From Ascoidea asiatica JCM 7603 (taxonomy: Eukaryota; Fungi; Ascomycota): a stretch of DNA of 64,000 nucleotides. The notes under the pieces were generated by a model. It searched no databases. It was not told the origin of the DNA and saw only the letters and a program-made list of their open reading frames with translations. Where the stretch lies: contig BCKQ01000012.1 in NCBI GenBank assembly GCA_001600695.1, positions 210,807 through 274,806 on the forward strand, given 5' to 3'. This document shows, in pieces, positions 11,143-23,008 of this stretch. Numbering within the stretch: the stretch's first letter is position 1; the number at the start of each line of letters is the position of its first letter. Both the position numbers and the translations under genes were made by a program.

Positions 11143-13198
11143 TTACTCAGTTAGATTTAACAAAATTTTCAAAATTGAGCAATCATTTTCGGATAGTAAA
11201 ACCAAATTTTCTTTTTTTTCCATAAAAAGAGAACGCATTTTATTTTGAATTAAGGATAACATATTATTATCTTTAAAAGGTGTATTTGATAAACTCCTTT
11301 GTAATTCTGAGATTTCTTCTTCGTCTTCATCAGAAGTATTCTCATCCAATGTAGTCCACTCTTGAAATTCTTCAAGATCTTCTAATATATCATCAGAATT
11401 GTAATGGTAAGGATAATTTTTAAAATTGAAAACAAATTTTTTCACAAGAAGAAAAAGATTAGATATAAGTTCATTATTATTGATCTCAGTTATATCAAAA
11501 TCTAAATCAAGTAATTCCAATAAACTTAAGATGCTTGTAACAATGTCAAAATCTCCTTGAAAACTTTTAGTATTAAATTCATCTTTGATAGAGTTAAACC
11601 AAATTGAATTAATGAAAAAATTATAAATATTATCATTTTTTAAAGATTCTATTGTTTTTATTGGATTATAAATAAACCCTGAAGCAACAAAATTTATTAA
11701 TTCATTTTTATTTAACTTTTCAATATCCTTTCCAGAAATTAAAAAATCATTATTCTCCCAACAATTGATATATTCATTTTCTCCAAGAATAGATAAATAG
11801 AAAGTATCATTAAGATTTAAAAAATTAATACCAATTTTTAATCCATTGAAAAAATTTCCAAAAATTTCATTGAAATAATTAGTTGAATGAATTTTTAAAG
11901 TAAGATTGAAACAAGTAGCTAAATTTAAAAGAATTGAAAATTTTTCAAACATTTCATTATCATTATAGCTTAAGCTTGAGTTCAAAAGAGATTTATATAA
12001 TTCAATAATTTTAAAAGATTTAAATTTGCTATGATTATTTAAATCTATAATCGAACCATAAAGTAAAAAATGATTTAATAAATTTGAAATATTTTTGAAA
12101 TAATAAGTAGATAAATAATGAAGTTCATCCAATTTAATATTTTCAATTAGTAAATCTAATAAATCCCATAACTTAGCATAAACAGTTTCTGTTAATATTA
12201 TTGCATCTGATATGAATTCAAGACAAGGTAAATATTCACTTTTTAGAAAATTCTTAAAAACAAAATTCATTATTGGGAAAAATGAATTTAAAATATTTTC
12301 AGATATTAATAAAAAATCATTATTATAATAGTACAAGGATAAAAGTGTTGAAACGGAACTAATAAAACCAATAGAATTAGAATTTTCATTATAATCTTTT
12401 TTTCTTAAAATTTTTGAAATATTTTCATTTAATAAACATGAATCGTCTAAAAGTAATTGAACTTCATTGATATTGTTGTCATTGTTATTATTATTAGCAT
12501 AATCATTATCATCAATAGTGAAATTATCTTGAATTACAAAATTTGAAGGTGATAAATTCGGCAAAGGAGTATTATTATTTGGAAATGAAAAATCTATTAA
12601 AGAATTTGAATTTGAATTTGAATTTGAACTTGAAGAAAGATTATTAGGTAAATTTGGTAAATAAATTAAACAATCAATATAACCATAAGTTAATTTATTT
12701 ATTAAACTAATTGGATCTAATAATTTTATGTTATATTGAAAAATTTGAAAAAATTGAGGTAAAATATTTGATAATTTAAAAGGTAAAAATTTTGATAATT
12801 CAATAATTTTTTCAATCAAATAAACTAAATCATTTGAAATAAATTTTTTAAAATAAAAATTAGATAAAAAATTTTTAATAATTAAAATTGATTCAAATTG
12901 AATAAGGATTAATTTATAATTATTTAAATTATTCAAAATATTAATAGTTGGTAATAAATTTAAGAAAATTGAAGAATAAAGTGATTTAATATTTATAAAA
13001 TTTAAAATAATTGAAGAATAAGTTGAAATTGAATTCAAAGTTATTGATTTCAAGTAAAATTTATTTGTGAATAAGTTTTGAATGATTAAATTTAAGAAAA
13101 TTGAATTTAATTGAACTTTATAAAATTTATTATTAATTAAAAATTTATATAAAGAATTAAAAATAATTAAATTTGAATAATAATTTTTATAAATAATT

Positions 13199-13254
<56 letters not shown>

Positions 13255-13976
13255 AATAATGTTATTGTAATCATCATTTGTATTTGAAATTTTTAATTTT
13301 ATTGAATAATTTAAATTGATTAAATTTGATTTAACTTTCAAGAAAATAATATCTAAGAAATTTGGAATTAAATTTAAATTTGAAGTTGAATTAATAAGAT
13401 TATTTATAAAAGTTTGAATTAAAGTAATATTTTTATAATAATATAAAATTTTATTTTCTTTATTATTAATATTATCATTCATATTAATAAAATAATTTAA
13501 ATTATTTCTTAAATAGATTATGAAATGAATTGAAATTAAATCATTTAAATTTGAAGAATAAATATTTAAAATTGAGTTATTATTTATAAAATTTAAAGAT
13601 TTATTTAAAATATTAAATATTAAAGAATATATTTTTAAATTATAAGGTTTGTTATTATTATCATTTTCAATTTCAATATTATTTTTATTATCATCACCAT
13701 TGTCATTATTAATATCAATATCAGTATTAGTGTCGATATCAATATCAATGTGATTATTATTTAGAAAATTGAATAGATTATTTATAATATAAATAATTGA
13801 ATTATTTAATTCACTTGAATCATTAATTTCATTTGATTTATTTAAAGCAATAAGTAAATTAATTAATGTTAATATATTAGATAAAGAAAGATAAGTAATA
13901 ATTGAATTATTTAAAGAATTATTTAAAGAATCTAGAAGTAATGGAGTGAAATTAACAATAATATAAATTAAATTAA

Positions 13977-14028
<52 letters not shown>

Positions 14029-14628
14029 ATTAATATTTGAAATATTATTAGAGAATGAATTTAATAATGAGAAAAATGAAATTAAAGCTGGGATTAAATT
14101 AAATTTATTATTAAATAGATTTAAATAGAAATCCAAATTTGGTAAATTATTTGAATTATTTAAATCTATTGAAGATATATGAAATAAAGAATAATATAAT
14201 GAATTTATATTTAAAATTGAATTTAAAGATAATTTATTTGATATAAAAATTATATATAAATAATTATTTGAATATAATAAATTGAATAAATTTGATTTAA
14301 TTAATAATTTTTGATTAATATTTAAATTTAAATTATTAAATTGATAATTATTTATGATTAAATAATTGAATAAGATTATTAAAATATTTGAATTATATAA
14401 ATTTTCATTGTTATTATTGAGGATATTTAAAATTGAAATAATAAAATCAAATAGATTTGAATTAATTAATTCAAATAAATTTGAATTTGAAATAATTAAG
14501 TTGAATAGATTTAAATTAGATTGATTTTTATTATTATTATTTAAATTTATTAGTTTATTTATATTTTGATGAATTAGATTGACTTGATTAAGTTGATTAA
14601 GTTGATTGAATTGATTGATATCTTGCAT
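11143..14628 (-). CDS. NMD5: Highly diverged importin-beta family karyopherin (Nmd5/Sxm1, importin-7/8-like)
   Basis: C-terminal blocks align by eye with Nmd5-type karyopherins: IQFESILIIKNFL, LIEKIIELS, SIGFISSVSTLLSLY, NSFFPIMNFVFKN, YYFKNISNLLNHFLLYG, GFIYNP, and an acidic stretch followed by NTPF. The N-terminal half is very N/I/L-rich. Confidence 0.6.
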
Positions 14629-15432
14629 TATTTATCATTATTTATTTATAACATTATTTGATGAATAAAAATATATTTAAGAGAATAAAATAATAAATAA
14701 GAATAAATATAAGGAAATATATATATTTGAATAAAAGAATATAAATTTAAATTCATTGATAGTCTTTTATGAAACTGAATTTTTAGAATTTAATCTAAAT
14801 TTTAATTTTCATTTCAAATTTAAATTCAATTCAAAAGCCATCACCTTATTTTATAATTCTTATCAATAAAGAAGTATTTTAAGAATAAGGATTCATAAAT
14901 TATGGTAATTGACAGAAATTGTGAATTTGAAAATAAAAATTAAAATTATTTGACATTGATTGAAAATAATTTTGATCATTGATAATTTCTTCATTCTTGA
15001 ATCAGAAGATGTTCCACTTTTTCTTTTCCAAATTCGGACTTGAAAATTTTAAAGTGAATTAAGAACGTAAAATTAAGAAATAGGAATTGAAAAAGAAGAA
15101 TTTAGAATTCATAATTAAGAGTTAAGAATTGGGAATTGAATTGAGTGAAACTGAACCATGGCTTCTTTGATTCTATTATTATTTGATCATTGATTTATTT
15201 GCCAGATGCTCTACTGGTTTAATCCATTGAATATATTCAAATCATTGAAGTTGATAATGATTATTATATTCGAGATTTATCCTTTATTTTATTAAACCTT
15301 TATTTTATCATTTTCTTCTTTGCTTTGTCATTTATCATCATTTGTTTATTTTATCATTTATTTCCCTTTTTGATACTGCCTGCATTTGCAGGGCTGGCAC
15401 AGAAACACAGGGCTCATAGTTTTCAAAACCAC

Positions 15433-15844
15433 TTACCCGGTTGACTAATTTATATTTATTGAGTACATAATCACACCAAGACAGTAGTAACTATTGTATT
15501 TTTTGATTATGGGTAACTGGTCTTTTAGATCGTGAGACGCATTGCTTCTGCACTATTATGCTTAAAACACCGCCTGACGGAGGAATCCGGGAACGCAACA
15601 AACAAAGCACGGAAACGGAACGGATATACAAAACCCAGCGGCAGAAACCGGTACGGGGTTAGGCTATCGGAAACACAGCGGACACTCTGTCCTAAATAGG
15701 TAATTGTTTTGCATTACCAATTACGGTTTGTCAGCTGATTGATTATAAGTTTCGACTACTGTTTTATCATAGTCGGTATGGTCGTAACTGCTACATTTTG
15801 ACTAGGGGTCTATCATGGGTCACCTGATGCTCTTTTTAACCAAT
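15433..15844. promoter_or_regulatory. GC-rich divergent promoter (NMD5-like / NDUFA1) with Reb1, CArG and CCAAT motifs
   Basis: TTACCCGG at 15433-15440 (Reb1 consensus), CCTAAATAGG at 15691-15700 (CC-W6-GG), CCAAT at 15717 and 15840. Confidence 0.55.
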
Positions 15845-16077
15845 TAACTTCATTTTGAAGTAATCACCAAAGCTTCAAGCTTCAAAGCTTCAAAGCTTCA
15901 AAACACGAAATAATCATCAATACTCACTCAATTAATCAAACAGTGAGAAATAATCAATAATAATCTCAAATAAACCCTTTAATTTGAATTATAAATCAAG
16001 AAGTTATTAACAAAGATTAATAACTTTTATAATTTAATATTCAATCAAATTAATAATATAATAATAATAATATCAAA

Positions 16078-16569
16078 ATGATTCCATTTGAGGGTCTTTT
16101 ACCATATGCTATAATGACCGGTGTAAGTTTAAAATTCAATTCAATAATTATTCAATAAATATTCAATAAATATTCAATAAATAAATATATCAATATAATA
16201 ACAATTAAAATAATAACAATTTTATTAACATAATTCATTTAGTTTTTAACCCTTGGTGGTGCAGGTGTTGCAACTTTACATGCTTGGAAAAATGGTGGAA
16301 AAAGAGATAGATGGAATCTAGATAAATGGGATCGTCAAAGTATGTATAAATCAAATAACTATTCAATATTTTATTTACTTAATATTTTATTCAATATTTA
16401 ATTCAATAATTTACTAATAATTTTATCTTAAATTAATTATAAAGTGATGGAAAGAGATTATAGATTAACTGGTAAAAAAAGAGGACAAATTGATTTACCT
16501 TTTGCTCCAGATTATTTTAAAACAAATAATTTTAGAAAAATTGAACATGTAACAAATTGGTTAAATTAA
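16078..16569 (+). CDS. Mitochondrial complex I accessory subunit NDUFA1/MWFE (NIMM-type); 3 exons: 16078-16122, 16243-16339, 16445-16569; 88 aa
   Basis: Spliced translation MIPFEGLLPYAIMTG-FLTLGGAGVATLHAWKNGGKRDRWNLDKWDRQ-MMERDYRLTGKKRGQIDLPFAPDYFKTNNFRKIEHVTNWLN matches the fungal MWFE pattern (PFE.L.PY.I, NG.KR.RW..D.WD...MERD.RLTG..RGQ). Donors GTAAGT (16123) and GTATGT (16340); acceptors TAG (ending 16242) and AAG (ending 16444). Confidence 0.93.
16123..16242 (+). other. Spliceosomal intron 1 of the NDUFA1-like gene (120 nt)
   Basis: GTAAGT ... TATTAAC (16223-16229) ... TAG; removal keeps the frame (phase 0). Confidence 0.88.
16340..16444 (+). other. Spliceosomal intron 2 of the NDUFA1-like gene (105 nt)
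   Basis: GTATGT ... TACTAAT (16412-16418) ... AAG; removal restores Q-M-M-E-R-D (phase 1). Confidence 0.88.
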
Positions 16570-17401
16570 ATTAAATTAAATTAAATTAAATTAAATAATC
16601 TTTCATTTATTTATAATTTATAAATATACATATACATATATATATTCTACATTTTCAATCAAATTAATAAAAACTGTTTCCTATTTAATATAATTATTGT
16701 AAATTTATTTGAAAATAAGTTAAATATAAATAAATAACAAAAAAAAAAAAAATGAATTAAAATTTGAATTAAAACTTGAATTAAAATTTGAATTAAATTT
16801 TTGAATTGAATTTATATATAATGATTGACTAATTGAATAAATAAATAAATGAATAATTGAAATTAAATTAAAGTAAAGTAAAGTAAAGTAAAGTAAAGTA
16901 AAAATGTAAACTAAATGAGAAGATTTGTAAAATATGTAAAGAAATATGTAAAGAAAGTATGTAAAAAGTATTTAAAAAAGTAATAAATATATTAAAAATT
17001 AAAAATTGTCAAACAAAAATTAATATACTTATTTTATATACTGTATATTTACTAATTTAAAAAATGAAAAAAAAAAAATTAACTATGAATCTTAAAAACA
17101 AAACAAAAAAAACAATCAAAAGTTTCTTATTCAAATAGATTAAAAGAGATTATTAAAAGATAAATGAAAAACTTATAAAAAGGCATACAAAAAAACTGAT
17201 AAAAATGATTAAAAAGACTTTACAAAAGACTTGAGAAAGGATTATTAAAATAATGTGAAATGATGAAAAAATGAAAGGTGATTGTCAAAAATAAGAAAAA
17301 AAAATCAGAAAATTAGAAAGTAAATAAAAAACTAAGAAAAAAAAACAATAAACTGAAAATCCTTTTAAAAATTAATCAAATAATCAAAATTAATTGAAAT
17401 T

Positions 17402-17935
17402 TTAAACTGGTGAATGATTAGATGAACGAATACTTCTTCTTCTAAAAAAATCTATAACTCTTTTAGCTGCTGATCCTTCTTTATTACTATTTTGTGTACT
17501 TTTAGAATTTATTGTTGAAGCTGTTGACATTACTCTTTGTTTACGATTTGATCCACTTCTAATTGTATAATTACCATTAATAATATTAATATTATTTGAA
17601 TTTCCATTTGGAATATTATAATAATTATGATTTGAATCATTACTATTATTATCATATTCATTTTCATTCAGAGGTTTAAGTACGTTATTATTATTACTAT
17701 TATTATTAATATTACCTTTATAAAAATCTGGAATATTTGATGTCTTTTTAGCATGAACATAACTACTATTACGACGTGTATGTAATATTGTTCCAGATTT
17801 TTCTGAACTTATATTATTTCCATTTCCATAAATTGCAAATAAACTAAATCTTCGTTTAGTTTCTTGCTTTTTTGGAGCATTTGATGCCAGTCTTTGAATT
17901 TTACTTGGAGAAATATTACTCTCACTTTCAATATG

Positions 17936-18015
<80 letters not shown>

Positions 18016-20611
18016 CTGTTAAACTTTCATTAATGCCATTTTCAATATTAATTGCTTTATTACTTTTATTTGATTTTGGTGATTTATTATTATTATTACT
18101 CAGATAAATTGAATTACGTTTACTTGAATTTATATCTTTATGTAAATGAATTGATCTTCTACTACCAGGAGTATTTAATATATTATTACTTGTATTATCT
18201 AATGAATCATTAATTATTATACCACTTAATCTATTTTGTTGATTTTGTTTAGATGGTGTCATTGGACAAATTGGGGAAGCAATTTCTGGAGATCTTATTT
18301 TTTTATTATTTAAAGTTGAATTTAAATTTAAATTATTTTTATTATTTGAAATTTCTTTTGAATTAATATCATTTGAATTATTAGTTTCTGGATTTATTGA
18401 AATATTTAAATTATCAATTTTTTCTTCTAAAGATAAAATTGCTGCAGAACTATTAGTTCTAATTGAATTATTTCTATTAATATTATCAAATTGATTTGGA
18501 GTTTCAATATGACCAGAAGCAACACTTAATTCAACTTTTGGTTCACTACCATTTCTAACATGATTACTTTTTAAAGTTGAATCAATATTTCTTGATTTTG
18601 AATTATAATGAGTTTGTTTAGTTAAATAACTAAAATCTAATTTATTTGAACCATTCATAAAAATTGAATTTGTTGTTGAACCTGGATGATAAGATGATGG
18701 TCTTGGTTTTTTAATTGGACCAGGTAATTTTTGAGATGCATAAATTTTAGAATTATTTTGAGAATTATTTGAATTTAATTTGGAATTTAAATTTGAAGTT
18801 ATATTTTGAATTTCCATTGAAGTTCTTGGTTTTTTAGAAGGTGAAGAAGGATCATCATTTTCTTTATTTCTTTCTTGTTCTTTTGAAGGACTTTGTTCAA
18901 TAATTGGAGCAATATTATTTGGAGAAATTCTTGAACGACGATAACTTGAATCACGAGAAACTGGATTTGGACGAATAAAAGCATTAACATTTGGAGAAGA
19001 TGATGATGCAGGTATATTTGAATTATTTGAAGAATTTTTAATACTTTCAAGAATTGGATTTGTTGCATGATTTTTTTCAAAAATTAATTTTGGTTGTTGA
19101 TCATTTGAATTAATATTATTTGATTGAATTTTATGAGTTGGAGTTGGAATTGAAATTGGATGAATCATTTTTGAAACTTCATTAGTTGAATTTGAAGAAG
19201 GAATTTGATTATTATTAAAAGTTTGTTGATTTGAATTCATATTAATTGTATAAGAATTAGTTGAAGGTTCAATATATGACATTCTTCTATTATCATCAGG
19301 TCTTGAACCATAACGTCTTTGATTAATATGATTATTATTTTGATTTCTAAAATTATTTTGAATAGCATTTGAATTTGATCTTGAGACGTTGTTGTTAATA
19401 TTATTATTATTATTATTATTGATAATATTTTGAGACATAGATTTTGATTGAGATGAAGATTGATTTGTAGATTGAGATTGAGATTGAGATTGAGATTGAG
19501 ATTGAGATTGAGGTTGAGAATTATTTAAAGTTAAGTGAATATGATCCCATTCTTCTTGACTTGTTGATAAAAATGGAGCATGAGGAGCTAACCAATGATG
19601 AGATCTAATTTGTTTTAAATTATAACGTCTTGAAGGATCAATAACTAAAATATTCATTAATAAATTTCTTGGAGATGGATTAACATATTCAGGAAATACT
19701 AAAGTTGTATTTGATATATACCAATATAATCTTCTAATATTTTCACTATTTGAATTTTCTTCATCATCATCAAAAGGTAAATAACCACATAACATTGCAA
19801 ATAATATTACACCACAAGACCAAATATCAGCTTTTCTTGAATTATATGGTTGAGAATTTAAAACTAATTCTGGAGCTGCATAACATGGTGAACCACATGA
19901 AGTTTTCATAAATTCATTTGAAGTACCTGGTGTAAAACAATTAACAAAACCAAAATCAGTTATTAAAATACGTTTTCTATTATCTAATAAAATATTTTCT
20001 AATTTTAAATCTCTATGAACTATACCCTTTTTATGCATATAATCAACAGCAGAAATTAATTGAGAAAATAAATTACAAGCTTCAACATCTTTTAAATATC
20101 TTTTACTTAAAATATATTCAAATAATTCACCATTTGGAGCATATTGTAAAACTATACCAATATATCTATCATTTTGTAGTACTTCATTTAATTTAACAAT
20201 ATTTGGATGATGTAATTTTTTTAAAGCATTAATTTCTCTATGAACTTTACTTTCTCTTTCAGAACCTAAAGGAATTGAATCTCTTTTAATTAATTTTATT
20301 GCAACTTGATCTAAATTTGAAGTATCTTTTTTCCAAGCTAATTTAACTTTACCAAATTCACCAGAACCTAAAGTTTGACCAACAATATAAGAACCAAATC
20401 TAACTTCTCTTCTTCTTCTTGAAGGAGATTGTAAATTTGATAAAGAATTTGAAATTGAATTTGAATTTGGTATTTGAGTAGTCATTATATTATTATTATT
20501 TAAATTTATATTATTATTATTATTGTTATTGTTATTGTTATTGTTATTGTTATTGTTATTACTCATATTATTATTGTTATTATTATTATTAATGTCAGAA
20601 TAATATGACAT
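17402..20611 (-). CDS. KIN4: Ser/Thr protein kinase of the Kin4/Frk1 family
   Basis: RREVRFGSYIVGQTLGSGEFGKVKLAW, VAIK, HRDLKLEN, DFG, KTSCGSPCYAAPE; C-terminal RRFSLF and SAAKRVIDFFRRRS motifs typical of Kin4 orthologues. Confidence 0.88.
17936..18015. repeat. (ATT)n microsatellite encoding poly-Asn in KIN4, representative of many such tracts
   Basis: About 26 uninterrupted units. Similar tracts lie near 13200, 13980, 22950, 43790, 44000 and 59060. Confidence 0.95.
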
Positions 20612-21400
20612 TTTAGATTAAAGAATATATATTATATATATTATAATAAAAATAGATTATAATATTATAATATATTATATAATAATATCTAGTGTTATAA
20701 TATTTAGTAGATAAGATAATAATAAAATGAGGTAAAATTGATATAATTAATATGAATAATATGATTAAGATACGTAAATAAATTAAAAATTTATAAAATG
20801 TGACTTCTTTAATAAATTATTTAAAATTATGGTGGTTTTGTTAATACTAATTAATACTAATTAATACTAATTAATACTAATTAATATTAGTTAATATTAC
20901 CGTAATGAGTATTTTGTAATGAGTATTTTGTAATGAGTATTTTATAAAAATATTTGTAATGAGAATGAAATTGAGAATGAAATTTAAATATTTAATTTAG
21001 TTTAATAATAATATTATTGAAATTAAATGAAATAAGTAATAATAAAAGTTAGATTTTAAATTCTTAAGTTTTTAATAACTTTTAGAATAAAAAAATAAAA
21101 AAAAAAAAAAAAAAGGATTGATAAAGTTAATTATAAAATGAATGAAATTATTTAAAAATGAAGAATATGATGAAGAATGAAATTAATGAAAGAAATAAAT
21201 GAAGGTTATTGAAGATTATTAATGATTTTATTAATGATTATTGAAAATGAATGATATTATTATATTGAATTATTTAATGAATTGTGTCATTAAATGTTTT
21301 AAGAATAGTTGATAATTATTTATCTTTATTTATTCTTCTTTATCTGATTTTCACTCTATATTTAATTGTTTATTTATTTATTTATCCTTTAGTGGATAGA

Positions 21401-21442
21401 TATTTGATATTTGATATTTGATATTTGATATTTGATATTTGA
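21401..21442. repeat. (TATTTGA)6 tandem repeat
   Basis: Directly visible; the same unit occurs about 3 times at ~29737-29758. Confidence 0.9.
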
Positions 21443-21589
21443 TTATATTCAATTGAGTGATTGATAATCCAATTTTGATTGTTTTAATATTCTTTGCTTT
21501 ATTTCTCTTGGATTTCAATGGTGGCAATGAGAAATGAAGTTCTGATTCTGATTCTGATTCTGATTCTGATGGCAATCGAAATGGTTTTG

Positions 21590-22320
21590 GTTTTGGCGTT
21601 GATGAAAATGCAAATCCAGGAACTGCCACAGCAAAGAGCAAAAAGACCCAGACTCCTGTTCTGAGCACTCGCAGCAAGGCAAGGCCGTGCGCAGAAAGAG
21701 GCAGGCTACGCGCGCCGCCACGCCGGAGGACTGTGGCGCATGCAGTGTTTCCAACTCTAGATCTGCCCTGGCTCAAAGTTCTGACAGCTCACCCTGATCC
21801 ACGGTACATTCACGTCTGCACGTGACATTTCAGCTATTATCCTCATTAATATTCCTCATTTTTTTAAACGATAAGGAATACAAATGACAATATTCTTATT
21901 ATTATCAGGGGTATTATCCGCCACGTTGGTCGAACCACTTTTTGTATCTTCAAGGCGTACGGAATTATTTTCATTCCGGTCTACAAATAGTCAAATGATG
22001 TTGTTCTATTAGCCTGAATACTCCTGAACCGAATTTTACGAGAAAGGAGACATCTATCAGCCACAATCACGGTGCGCACAGTTCCGTGATGTTCAGCCTC
22101 TTTCTGTTTCTTTCGCACACCTTATGCGTTTCTGCGTGAGGCCCCTGCCCAGGTTTCCATTTCGAAACTGATGTTGATTTAGTACGGATTCATCACGGAT
22201 TCACCACGGATGCTAATTGAAATTACGTCAGACCCATAGCAATGGATTTTAGCAACTCAGCACGTGATAACACGTTGTTTTGACTCCATTAATCTGGGAC
22301 TCTTTCCCTTTTCGGAATTT
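21590..22320. promoter_or_regulatory. GC-rich upstream region of KIN4 with E-boxes and a CGCGC element
   Basis: Abrupt rise in GC content; CGCGCGCC near 21709, CACGTGAC at 21819-21826, CACGTG at 22261-22266. Confidence 0.55.
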
Positions 22321-22420
22321 GTACTAGTTTATACTACTTTTATTACTTTTATTACTTTTATTACTTTTATTACTTTTATTACTTTTATTACTAATTGACT
22401 ATTTGTTAATTACTTGTTAT

Positions 22421-22946
22421 TTAATTGGAATCTTCACAAATTGGACATTTCATTATAATATCATTTTTATCTTTAATACTAACTGTAATTTGTAATTCAT
22501 TTGAATTGTTGATTTCATTTTCATTTTCATTTTCACTATCATTTTTTTTATTATATTCAATTAATCCAATATTTTTTAAACATTTTTTATGAAATCCATG
22601 ACCACATTTAAATAAAATTAATTCAAATTTTTTAAAAATTTCATTATAATAATTTTTTTCAAAATTTAAAATTTTACGATTTCTTAATTCCCATATTAAA
22701 AATCCATCATTAATTAAATTTTTACCAAATAAATTTAAATAACAAATTTTACAAAAATTTTTATTTAAACTCCATCCTTTTAATTTTTCATTAATTAAAA
22801 TTTTTAAAAATTTATTTTTTTCAAAATTTATTAAATTTAAAATAATTTTTAATTTATTTTTTTCAATATTATATGATAAATTTATATTATTTAAAATTTT
22901 ATTAATTTCTCCAATTTGTTTATTATTTTTAATTTCTGTATTATAT

Positions 22947-23008
<62 letters not shown>

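Noticed and set aside
21378-21776. ORFs of 132 and 79 aa upstream of KIN4
   Set aside because: Non-ATG starts and no recognisable domain; they are open only because the GC-rich island and simple repeats lack stops.
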